From Podarcis bocagei (taxonomy: Eukaryota), in NCBI GenBank assembly GCA_964188305.1, contig OZ076896.1: a DNA stretch of 64,000 nt. The stretch is one strand, 5' to 3'. Under the pieces are notes generated by a model. That model searched no databases and had not been told where the DNA came from. It worked only from the letters and a program-made list of their open reading frames with translations. Below are positions 27,243 through 39,113 of this stretch, piece by piece (positions within the stretch are counted from its first letter, which is position 1; every line of letters starts with the position of its first letter). Both the position numbers and the translations under genes were made by a program.

Positions 27243-27880
27243 GTGAGTATTGCTTGAAGAAAGGATATTGGAGGCTAGAAATGACTATTTAGATGCCTTT
27301 GTAAGATCAAAGGTACAAATGCTGTGCTGAACATGTCTAGATTTTTCAAAGACAGGTTCTGTACTCAAATTACTTCTTGGGAACTTTTGCTTTGTCAAAT
27401 GTGCTGATTGTGTGCAGGTTTACTCAGAAGTAAGTCAACTACGGCCAGTTGGATTTACTCTGAGGTAATGGTAGGATTACAAATTCAGACTCTTTAGAAC
27501 AGGTGAAAAAGAGTCTTGATGGCAGACTGTTGGTGTAGAGCAGGTATCATCAACCTTTTCAGGCACAAGGTGATGCCTTACAGATCTATGTTGGACTGAT
27601 TGTACAGGTTTGCTGTATGTTTGTGGATGTTGGCATTGCTCCACTAGAAAAAAAATGCTTTTTAAACTTGAAATAAACTCCTCTTTTCTGGCTGTTTAGC
27701 ATTGCTAGGATATACAGATTGAGAATATGGGTTTTACTTTTAAGTACAAGTTTTGTGCATCTATGTTAATGCTGAAATCCTCCTTAATTAAGTGACACTG
27801 GTGTGCACTGTGCATTTATTACATTTAGATTTTCAAACTTTAACGTGCTTATAACTTACAACTTTTTTTATCATTTAAAG

Positions 27881-28128
27881 GTACATCGTATTCCGGCTAT
27901 GAGGCTGCAGTATATTCAGCTGCATCATCTTACTATCAACAGCAGCAGCAGCAGCAGAAACAGGCGGCGGCAGCAGCTGCTGCTGCTGCTGCGACAGCCG
28001 CCTGGACAGGGACCACCTTCACGAAAAAGGCACCATTCCAAAATAAACAGTTGAAACCAAAACAGCCTCCCAAACCACCCCAGATTCATTATTGTGATGT
28101 TTGTAAGATCAGCTGTGCTGGACCACAG
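27881..28128 (+). CDS. ZFR: ZFR exon 6 (poly-Q/poly-A tract, start of zinc finger 1 [13 protein letters not shown])
   Basis: taaag acceptor, CAG|gtattg donor; 248 nt. Confidence 0.97.
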
Positions 28129-28474
28129 GTATTGCTGCTTTCTGATTATGAACTTAATTGCTTCGTAAAATGAAACAATTAGTATATGCCAAATATTCAG
28201 GGAAGGGTCAATAAGTTTTTGGCTTCAGGGTTATTTCAGTTTAAAATATTCCAATTGCACTTTGGTTTTCAAACGTTTTAGAAGTCGAACGGACTTCCGA
28301 AACTTACTCCATTTGACTTCCAAGATACGACTGTATAATTATGTGGAGGAATGTATTTTCTGCATACATTTCAGCAGCAAATCAGCTTCATGTTGGTTAT
28401 CTCTTGCACTTTGCTTTTCAATGAACAGAATAATATGATAAATGACCTAAAGTATCCTGTTATTCATGTGGTGA

Positions 28475-28747
<273 letters not shown>

Positions 28748-29052
28748 TGAATGGTCTGACAGGCAGGCAAAATTCATCACATTTGATAGAAAGCTGAGAC
28801 TGCCCACCTTTCAGTTACCTGACACAGTATGCCTTTAGGTAATTCAGCCTCAAATGAATGAATTGTGCTCTCAATTTGTCCTTTATAGCTATGGCTTTAA
28901 TTCAAGCGAGGGCTTCATTCAGCAGTAAACGTGAGCGCCACCTTAGGCAGGGTTTGGTTGCACTTGGAGCTCCTGAATTGCGCCTATCAGAATAAGGCTT
29001 TCATTTGGAGCGAGGGAGAGAGAGGAGAGAGAATGATAAGTCTCTCTGATCT

Positions 29053-29187
29053 GAATCATAGAGTTGGAAGGGGCCTTGAGGATCAACTGATCGAACCTCC
29101 TGCAATGCAGGAATATACAGCTGTCCCCTACAGGGATCAAAACCTGCAACCTTTGCATTATCAGCACCACTCTAACCAACTGAGCTA
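29053..29187 (-). mobile_element. tRNA-derived SINE with CR1-like tail (Squam/POM-type)
   Basis: Minus strand begins TAGCTCAGTTGGTTAGAGTGG (A box), then a degenerate B box and a CR1-type 3' end. Confidence 0.7.
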
Positions 29188-29597
29188 CAACACATTAAAG
29201 AATCTGCAAACACACATCTCTACATAGTGTCCCATGTACTAGCTACCAACATGGACACAATCAGATCTTCATGCACTTGAGCCTCTTTTGGTGTCTCTGA
29301 AGGTGGCAACAGGGGCAGTGTCAGAATGGTGCCAAATGTAAAAGGCACTGAATGTTAGTACCTCTTGCAGAGGAACAGTTGGGAGTACATCAGTTGTGTG
29401 GCTGGGGTGCAGTTGCATGCAGTATTTCATGTGTGTATTAGACTCCATTAAGTTTCCCCTCATGAATTCTGTGAATTCTTTTGAAGGTCCCTTGAAACTT
29501 ATACTTTCAAGCTCTTAGAAGTACAGACAGGATTCTAAATAGACGTTGGAACAGTTTTGTAGATTCTGCTATTAACTTTCTTCATTGGTGGTTCTAG

Positions 29598-29880
29598 GTG
29601 GTTAAGCTTCATACTAAACTTGGCAAACCCATTCCTTCAACCGAACCAAACGTCGTGACCCAGGCTACTTCTGCAACATCTGCTTCCAAACCAACTGCTG
29701 TCTCTTCAAACATTGCAACTAACAGCAGCACTGTGAATTCTTCCGTTTCATCTTTGGCAGTGAAAATTCTTACTCCTTCCGCCAATGTGCTACTTAGCAC
29801 AACATCCAACAACAAGGCAACAATGGTTCCAGCTAATGTTGCTGTAAAGAAAATATCCACACCCAAAATTAACTTTGTTG
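29598..29880 (+). CDS. ZFR: ZFR exon 8 ([13 protein letters not shown]...PKINFV)
   Basis: tctag acceptor, TTG|gtaagt donor; 283 nt. Confidence 0.96.
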
Positions 29881-30556
29881 GTAAGTACTGAAGTATTTTA
29901 GTGAGAAGTATAGCAAGATACACTAAATAAGCTTATGCAAGAACAGGTTTAAAATGAGTGTCTGCTATGATTTTAACAGCTACTGGAAATTATAATTTTC
30001 TCTCTGCTTGGCTGCATGAAGCCCATCAAACCAAGCATCTGTTTGCAGTTCTAAGCACTGTCTCTCTCATGGCAATGTTTGTCTCATGCACACAAACTGC
30101 TACTCAAATGGTTTAGGAAAGTATTATATCAACACTACTCTGCTCCAACACGCCTTTTATTAGAGATTACAATACTGAACATGGGGCTACCATGGAACAC
30201 AACTCCTAATGTTGTATATGAACAATGCATTTTCAATAGCTGTCATAGAGTTTTGTTTGGTCAAGGCTCAGCATGTTCATGTCTTGCACCCAATTATCCT
30301 GTCCTCTTGAACGTCCCGGGCCGTGCTGTCATTATTAAAACAAACCATACAGTTTATTTGAACTTGTATTTTATTTATTTTAACTGTTGAACATTTATGT
30401 TACCTGTTCTTTGTGCTATGGCTTGCTTGCTTGTTTATTATTTACAGAATATCCAGGTTTTTAAGCAGTAGGCCAGCATCTCCTTGGTTGTGGCAAGAAA
30501 TGTGACTTGAAAATGTAATGAAAATTAATATTCACTTGTGAAATGTTTCATATTAG

Positions 30557-30753
30557 GTGGTAACAAGCTACAGACAACAGGAAGCAAAGTGGATGAATTA
30601 AAAGCAGTAGAAAATATAAAAACTACTCCTTCTGTTGCTGCAGTGCAAACACAGGAAATTAAGCCAGATATGTCTGCTGAATCGGTAACATCTACAGCTC
30701 TTGCTGCTTTGCAAAGTGAGGTCCAACCAGTGGGTCATGACTATGTCGAAGAG
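30557..30753 (+). CDS. ZFR: ZFR exon 9 (GGNKLQ...PVGHDYVEE)
   Basis: attag acceptor, GAG|gtattc donor; 197 nt. Confidence 0.96.
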
Positions 30754-30931
30754 GTATTCATTCAAAAACTATGTTCATTAAATGCAATTAAACAAAACTG
30801 CTGAATTAATGTGTTAGATTACTTTATATGGCTCAGAAGTGTGAAATCATGCTGATAATTAAATTAGCTTCATGTCTCTGTGTGAGGAAACTACTTGACT
30901 ATTTTGTCTATGAAAGAATTTGCAGTGGAGT

Positions 30932-31090
30932 ACGGCGTTTCCGTGCGCTGCTCTGGTTCACCAGAAGCAGCTTAGTCATGCTGGCCACATGACCCGGAAG
31001 CTGTACGCCGGCTCCCTCGGCCAATAAAGCGAGATGAGCGCCGCAACCCCAGAGTCGGTCACGACTGGACCTAATGGTTTACCTTTTTAC
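30932..31090 (+). mobile_element. Sauria SINE, 5'-truncated
   Basis: ACGGCGTTTCCGTGCGCTGC...TGACCCGGAAG...ACCTTT homologous to the 3' half of the 33138 copy. Confidence 0.82.
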
Positions 31091-32561
31091 TAATAGCATT
31101 GCTGCTGACTTCACAGCCTTTGTCTTCAGGTAAACTAGAGTGTGAATACTGAGACTGTCTTAACAATTCTGATCACTGAGGACATGGAGTGTCCTTCAAA
31201 ACTGACTGTTCAGAGTTCCAGCTCCAAAGGAACAGGTAGTGGGAATCAAGCGTTGACACTGATTTTGAAATTTTGCAAATCTGGAACAGTGGTTACATCA
31301 ATATAGTGTGTTGATATGTTGCACAGTTGCACCTACACTGTAGTGTGCCATCAGTATTACTGATGAATTTGTTCTTTTGCAATCACAGCATTACTGAGTG
31401 TCAGCTTTCACTCAGTAAAAGGAAAGACAAGAGATGAACATGCAGTAGCCTTCCACTTAGTGAGGATTCTTAACTTTCCTAACTATTGTTTTCCCCTGCA
31501 TGCTGCTCTGAAAATGTGCTCAGAGCAAATGTAGTATTAGGGAATAGTGTATTGCTTGATAGCATAGTTCTGAATGATTTACAATAAATAGCATTTTTAA
31601 CAAATCTGAAATATCACCTTGGAATACCTCATCAAAATTCAGACAGTTAAGAATTAAACCAACAGTTCTCCAACTTATTTGTTTAATGAATTCAGATGTA
31701 AGCACTCTGAAATAAAGTGGTTTTTGTCTGTTTCCTGAAAGCCATCAGGAAAGAAAAGGAGTTAAATGCCTCTGCTGGGAGCTTCACAGATGGGGCAAAA
31801 TTTGAGAACATTGTAAATTTAATAGCTACTGACCTTAAATGGCAGAGACACTCACAAGTGACCTTCCTCAGAAGATCTGAGGCTCAGGGCAGGATAGATG
31901 GACATTCTTTCAGGAATCCAGGTCCCATATTGTGTTGGGGGGGGTGTCTCATAGGTCTAACACAGGTTCTGATTAGGCCTTTGAAACCCTTTCCCCCAGA
32001 CCATGGCCAGCTGCCACATGTGTTACATATGTGACAGCAGATGAGAGGCAGGTAAGGACATGGCTCCAAAGGAACAATCAGGAGCTTAAAGTGAGGGGCA
32101 AATCCACACCATAAATTCAAAGCATCAAATGCATATTTAAAGTACTTGGCTTTCCCCAATAAATCCTGGAAACTGGTTTGTTATGGGTACTGGGAATTCT
32201 GTCTCTGTAGAGGGGAAGTACAGTTCTCGGGATTCTTTGGGAGAAGTCATGTAGCTTAAGTGTGCATTGTATTTGCTTTAAAAGTACAGTGTTTATTTGC
32301 CTTGAGTTCCCAATTGTTCCTTTGCAAGCAGGGCTTGCTGACAGAGAGTTCCACTAGGAAGTTCCCCATCCGGGATCTAGTTCTCCAACCTTAGTGTAGG
32401 GTTTTCAAGGTCATAATCAGCATTTTGAAGTGAGCCTAGAAATGCATAGCTAACCCCTGTAGATCTTTCAGGACAAGCGTTACATGCAGGGTATAGATCT
32501 TTCAGGATCAATATCCTACACAGTTTGCTCTGTTCAAAATTCTAGTCACTATGCTCTGGAC

Positions 32562-32848
32562 CAGGGGTCAGCAACCTAAGGCCCATAGGCCGGAAGCAGC
32601 CCATGGGGGTCGTTTGACCGGCCCATGAGCCGCCCCCAAACTGAAGTGCCCGCTCGCGCGCTGTGCTAAAGTGGCGTGGCGCGGGGACTTGCTTCCTTGG
32701 CACCAGAAATCACATCTGTGCAAACGCAGATGCCCCAAAATGCGTCTGCACATGTGCAGACACTGAAAATCACGCGCGCGATCCAGCCCATGAAGCGATC
32801 TCCGCGTGACCGATCCGGCCCAGGCAAGATAAACCTTGCTGACCCTTG
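32562..32848 (+). mobile_element. hAT MITE, family B
   Basis: CAGGGGTCAGCAA / TTGCTGACCCTTG TIRs; 8-bp TSD CTCTGGAC (32554-32561, 32849-32856). Confidence 0.9.
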
Positions 32849-33134
32849 CTCTGGACTGTAGCTTCCAAACTGCCTTCAAAGACAGCCCGATTCAAAACAC
32901 CTTAGTAGTTACTGTGCTTGCTCTGGTGTTTAGAAAAGATTTTAACAGTGAAAGGACATCTATAGAACGGTGTTTTGGAGTAATAGAGTGTTCTTCAGCG
33001 ATTGAGAATAGTGCTTCAACACAGTGTTCCAAAGTAGAACTATTGCAAACTTGCTCCAGGAAAATCCAAGGGGGGTTAGAGTGGCAAGTTACCTTACTTA
33101 AGGAGGTGTTTTAGCAGCTGTGTATAGCAGAGGC

Positions 33135-33500
33135 GCAGGGACGCGGGTGGCGCTGTGGGCTAAAGCCTCAGCGCCTAGGGCTTGCCGATCGAAAGGTCGG
33201 CGGTTCGAATCCCCGCGGTGGGGTGCGCTCCCGCTGCTCGGTCCCAGCGCCTGCCAACCTAGCAGTTCGAAAGCACCTTCGGGTGCAAGTAGATAAATAG
33301 GTACCGCTTACCAGCGGGAAGGTAAACGGCGTTCCGTGTGCTGCGCTGGCTCGCCAGATGCAGCTTTGTCACGCTGGCCACGTGACCCGGAAGTGTCTCC
33401 GGACAGCGCTGGCCCCCGGCCAATAGATGTGAGATGGGCGCACAAACCCCAGAGTCTGTCAAGACTGGCCCGTTCGGGCAGGGGTACCTTTACCTTTACT
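33135..33500 (+). mobile_element. Sauria SINE, full length, young
   Basis: GGGACGCGGGTGGCGCTGTGG head from 33138, B box GGTTCGAATCC, (ACCTTT)n tail; 12-bp TSD TATAGCAGAGGC (33123-33134, 33501-33512). Confidence 0.93.
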
Positions 33501-33889
33501 TATAGCAGAGGCATTTGCTATATGAACTAGTTCAGGGGCGCAGGATAGATCTAGATTTCTGAAAGAGGTGCTCGCATGGGTAGAAGTGCTTTGTTGGCTA
33601 TGAGAAACAAAAAGCTTTGCACTTGATCTGGAACACAACAATTAACTTGGAAAACAGGTAATTCAACTTTGATATTAGACAATAGCAAAGGTAAGAATAA
33701 ATATTTGGGTCAAAGTTGTGTTTTTTTTTAAACCTAATGGAAGTCTGCTATAGCTGGTTAATACAGGTTCTCTGTCTCCACAGTTGCATAGATCTTATGC
33801 CAGAACATGTCTTTGTGTGAAAAATTGACAAAAATCAGTTCAGTTTCTTTATGAAACCAAATTGTGTTAAATAACCATTTTTATACTGA

Positions 33890-34033
<144 letters not shown>

Positions 34034-34415
34034 TGACTAGCAGCGTAAATGGTCTAGTTCTGTCTCTTTCAGTAAATCTGATGGTGATTGAGTTTTACTT
34101 GGTCTCTTCTAGGATGAAACCTAAGCAGGTAGTACATCTATTTTGAGCACCAACTGTTCCCTCCCCCAGCTGAACTATGGTAGCCATATAGTGTTTGCTC
34201 CACATATTAAGCTACTTATATGTATTGCAAGTGAAAGTATTGCATGAGGAGGGATGATGCTGTAACTTACTGTTTGTTCCTCATAATATTTTTTAATATG
34301 AAAGATTGTGTCTCTGACTGAATTGCAGTTTTTGCTTGGTGAAAATAAATGGATCTGACCACAGAGAATAAATCTTACAAGAAAATAAAATGAAAATTCT
34401 CCTTCTCTACAACAG

Positions 34416-34561
34416 AAAAAAGTAAACCCAGACTTGCAAGTAGAAGTGAAGCCGAGCATCCGGGCAAGGAAGATCCAGGAAGAAAAGATGAGGAAGCAGA
34501 TGCAGAAAGAAGAATATTGGAGAAGACGCGAAGAGGAGGAACGGTGGAGAATGGAAATGAG
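34416..34561 (+). CDS. ZFR: ZFR exon 11 ([13 protein letters not shown]...RWRMEM)
   Basis: aacag acceptor, GAG|gtaaca donor; 146 nt. Confidence 0.97.
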
Positions 34562-34933
34562 GTAACATGTAGACTTTAATAGCAACCAGTGTACATTTTG
34601 TAAAACTGAATTAGTTTCCATTCTGTGTAATTATATTCCTATGAAAGCTTGCCTTGGAAAACCTGGATTAATTTTACCTTTAAATAAATAATTGACAGCA
34701 GGCATAGAAAATATTTATAAAGAGTACGAATGGCCTTTTATGGGTGTAATCCAGATCCTACTATGAATTCTGTAGCGAATACAGAATTATTGAACCTACA
34801 GCATCCAATATCTTTTTTAACATTTGAAGTTCCAAAAATTAATTTTGGCGGGACCTGAATTATTGAACATAACGTCAATAAAAGGTATTTCTGGATCAAC
34901 TGAAAGCATAAGTGATTTAATTCATATACTTAG

Positions 34934-35096
34934 ACGCTATGAGGAGGACATGTACTGGAGGAGGATGGAAGAAGAGCAGCATCATTGGGATGACCGCCAC
35001 AGAATACCTGATGGAGGATATCCTCATGGACCTCCAGGACCTCTTGGACTACTTGGTGTTAGACCAGGAATGCCACCACAGCCCCAGGGACCAGCT
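34934..35096 (+). CDS. ZFR: ZFR exon 12 ([10 protein letters not shown]...PQPQGPA)
   Basis: cttag acceptor, GCT|gtgagt donor; 163 nt. Confidence 0.97.
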
Positions 35097-35904
35097 GTGA
35101 GTACTGTTCGCATAGTCTCTCTCCTCCTGATGTATTTGGTGCCACAGACTGGGGGTGGGGGGAACCTAGTAAGTCAATCAGGTCTGCAAATTATGCCTAG
35201 GCTTAGTAGCTAAGCATTGGCTTCTGCTAACCAACTGTGAAATCTAGAGCCATCATGATGGCACCATCATATTACATGCGTTATCAGGACACTTATTCCA
35301 CCATCGTCTTAATCAGAGCCCCATCAAATGAAGGAAGGAATAACATATGTGACTGCAGTCTTTTGTTTCCATTTCCATTTCTTTATTTATGGTATTTGGT
35401 CCCTTGCGGTTCAGGACCATAGCTTACAGTGCCAAAAAGTGCCCCCCCCCCCCCGGTGATTACAAGGCGTTTCGGACCTAAAAAGAGAATCATGCTCTCC
35501 TTTATTTGCCCCGTCTTAATTTTTAAACTCAGACAAGATAACTGAATAAGGATTCTCTTACAGTGTGACCAGTTGAGATTCAGATTCCTGTATCTTTACA
35601 TATCTTTTGAATTTGATGTAATCTGCAACAAATAATCGTAAAACTTTGAAAGCCTTCCTAAGTCTTGGTCTGTATCACCCCATTTATTTTCCAGAGCAGG
35701 GAGAGCCTTTCTTTATCCCTGGTGTGTGGTTTTGATGCCAACCAATTCTTAATTTACATTTTTTTAAGATCTCGTTTTCTTTATGTGAGCTCTCTTAATG
35801 CACTTTATGGGGGGGAACTTGATAATTTTAATAAAATAGCAAAGAACAGAAAGCAGGAAAACATAAAATGTATCTGATTTTTAAAATCCACTTTCTGCAT
35901 TCAG

Positions 35905-36110
35905 CCTCTTCGTCGACCAGATTCTTCAGATGATCGTTACGTAATGACCAAACATGCTGCTATCTATCCAACTGAAGAGGAACTCCAGGCAGTACAGAAA
36001 ATAGTTTCTATCACTGAGCGTGCACTGAAACTTGTATCTGATAACATGACTGACAATGAAAAAAACAAGAGCAAGGAAGGAGATGATAAAAAAGAGGGCG
36101 GTAAAGACAG
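35905..36110 (+). CDS. ZFR: ZFR exon 13 ([17 protein letters not shown]..., start of DZF domain)
   Basis: ttcag acceptor, CAG|gtatgt donor; 206 nt. Confidence 0.97.
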
Positions 36111-36430
36111 GTATGTTTTATTGCCATTGTTGCCTGCAATCATTGTGCTTGGAGAGGGACTAAGAGAAAATGGAGCATTTGCCCTACTTCATGCCAATTT
36201 CTTAAATTTCTGCGCCCAGAAATAATGGATTCTGTTATCAGACTAATGGATCCCTCATTTTCACCAATGAAAGTTGTCTGCTTAGCAGGCATTCTCCAGA
36301 AGCAACTAGGAACTGCATTCTTTCAGCAGCAGCTGCACTTTGTTCATATGAAAAAGTCCTTCAGCTGTGCAATAGATTCTTAGCAGCACTTCAGACTACT
36401 TTTCCTTGGCTGAGGCTTTATCCCCTTGCT

Positions 36431-36436
<6 letters not shown>

Positions 36437-36495
<59 letters not shown>
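36437..36495. repeat. (AAT)n microsatellite, tail of the adjacent LINE
   Basis: Read directly from sequence. Confidence 0.95.
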
Positions 36496-36496
<1 letters not shown>

Positions 36497-36826
36497 TTAT
36501 TTATACCCCGCCCATCTGGGCGGCTTCAAAAAAATAATAATTAAAATACTGTAATAGATCAAACATTAAAAGCTTCCCTAAACAGGGCTGCCTTCAGATG
36601 TCTTCTAAAAGTCTGGTAGTTGTTGTTCTCTTTGACATCTGGTGGGAGGGCATTCCACAGGGAGGGTGCCACTACCGAGAACGCCCTCTGCCTGGTTCCC
36701 TGTAACTTGGCTTCTCGCAGTGAGGGAACCGCCAGAAGGCCCTCGGTGCTGGACCTCAGCGTCCGGGCAGAACGACGGGGGTGGAGACGCTCCTTCAGAT
36801 ATACTGGACCGAGGCCGTTTAGGGTA
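36496..36826 (-). mobile_element. L2-type LINE 3' fragment
   Basis: Shares CTTCCCTAAACAGGGCTGCCTTCAGATGTCTTCTAAAA with the 38150 copy; (TAT)n tail on minus strand. Confidence 0.78.
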
Positions 36827-37053
36827 GAGAAGGACTAGCCCAGAACTCCACCCAGTGTGAGAAATGCCAAACTTTTCATTGCACCTCTTTACTGTCTGGA
36901 TCTTTTTTTCAAAACTTTGTGCTTTCCGCATAGAGTTAAAATGTACACTATGATGTACGTAGAGAATGACAGAATGCACACCGTCCTCACGGGGGTTTAG
37001 GGTAGTGTGTTGCACGTGAAGGGCTCTCCCTGCATTAGACTTGTTTTCTTTGA

Positions 37054-37431
<378 letters not shown>

Positions 37432-37499
37432 TAATAGGAATGCTCCTAGCCTCTTCACGGCTGTAGGAAGGCTGGAATAAGAGCCTTGTAGTACTCCTT

Positions 37500-37866
37500 A
37501 GGGACGCGGGTGGCACTGTGGGTAAAACCTCAGTGCCTAGGACTTGCCAATCGTATGGTCGGCAGTTCGAACCCCCGCGGCGGGGTGAGCTCCCGTCTTT
37601 CGGTCCCAGCTCCTGCCCACCTAGCAGTTCAAAAGCACCCCTAAGTGCAAGTAGATAAATAGGTACCGCTTTGTAGCGGGAAGCTAAACGGCGTTTCCGT
37701 GTGCTTCGCTGGTGCCGGCTCGCCAGAGCAGCTTCGTCACGCTGGCCACGTGACCCGGAAGTGTCTCCGGACAGCGCTGGCCCCGGCCTCTTAAGTGAGA
37801 TGGGCGCACAACCCTAGAGTCGGACACGATGGGCCCGTACGGGCAGGGGTACCTTTACCTTTACCT
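37500..37866 (+). mobile_element. Sauria SINE, full length, young
   Basis: Same head and tail as the 33138 copy; TSD TAGTACTCCTT (37489-37499, 37867-37877). Confidence 0.93.
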
Positions 37867-38149
37867 TAGTACTCCTTGAGGATGGGGAAGACGGAAAGAA
37901 AAGAACACCTCTCTTCCCAATCTCCTTAAAACTCCACATTGTGTTATATAGTGCTAAAGAACACTGGTAGGAGATTGGCTGCCAACCCCAAACTTGAGCA
38001 TTTTAATGTTGTATAGCAGGTGCAGCGACCTCAGGCCTGGGGGCTGAAGGAAGCCCTCCAGGCCGCTCTGGCTCTGAGGACTCTCCCCTGGGCCACATGC
38101 CTCACTAGCCCTACTTCTCACACCCCTTGAGGGTAATAATAAAAAAATT

Positions 38150-38430
38150 TATTATTTATACCTTGCCCATCTGGCTGGGTTTTCCCAGCCACTCTGGACG
38201 GCTCCCAACAGAATATTAAAAACACGATGAAACATCGAGCATTAAAAACTTCCCTAAACAGGGCTGCCTTCAGATGTCTTCTAAAAGCCAGATAGTTGTT
38301 TATTTCCTTGACATCTGATGGGAGGGCATTCCACAGGGCGGGCGCCAATGTAGGTCTTTCAAGACCGGTGTTATATGGTCTCGGCGGCCAGTCACCAGTC
38401 TAGCTGCTGCATTCTGGATTAGTTGGAATG
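38150..38430 (-). mobile_element. L2-type LINE 3' fragment with internal deletion
   Basis: Minus-strand translation QLIQNAAARLVTG...DHITPVLKDLHW is typical of the L2 ORF2 C-terminus. Confidence 0.8.
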
Positions 38431-38971
38431 TGCCTTTGAACTCTTCTAGTGCTTCTTGCTTGCCTGGAAGGAGAATGGAGAGTGGTGTGAAAGTACGTCT
38501 AGAAACTAGCCTGCTAATTAGGTAAAAAATGCACCTGTTACTCGACCCATTTTTCTCTCTGGGTCCTCTCACAACTGGAATGGGCACACCCCCAGGCTAC
38601 CCAGAAAGGAATGTTAGCCCACTTTTGCTATATTCATTCAGGGAGCAGGGTGGATTATGCACAGTGGGGAAGCAGAACTTTATTTTTTCTTTCTCCCATC
38701 CTAAAACCTTCCAATATACAATGGGAAGGCCTTAACCTTATAATGGCCACCTGCTCCTTCCCTCCAGGATACTGTAACTTTGTTACAGACTCAAGTAAGC
38801 TAGTTCTCTCTCACATCTTACTATCCTTTAATGTATGAATTCATGATTTAGTCAAGGTACAGTACAAGGTACCTTGGCTAAACTCCCAAGCAACTTGTGA
38901 TGAACCTCCGGGTATTTTGGACTAGTCCCTTTTTGTGTGAAAACATTTAGCTTCTTATTTGCATTCTTTAG

Positions 38972-39113
38972 GTAATAAGTCCTGAGAAATATGAAATAAA
39001 GTGTGCAGGACAAGAAGCATCCATCATTTTGAATTCCTGTGTGGAACCTAAAATGCAAGTGACCATCACGTTGACATCACCAGTGATTCGGGAAGAGAAC
39101 ATGAGGGATGGAG
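38972..39113 (+). CDS. ZFR: ZFR exon 15 ([10 protein letters not shown]...REENMRDG)
   Basis: tttag acceptor, GAG|gttcgg donor; 142 nt, ends in phase 1. Confidence 0.95.

Noticed and set aside
33138-33215. tRNA gene
   Set aside because: A/B boxes belong to the SINE head; no complete cloverleaf.
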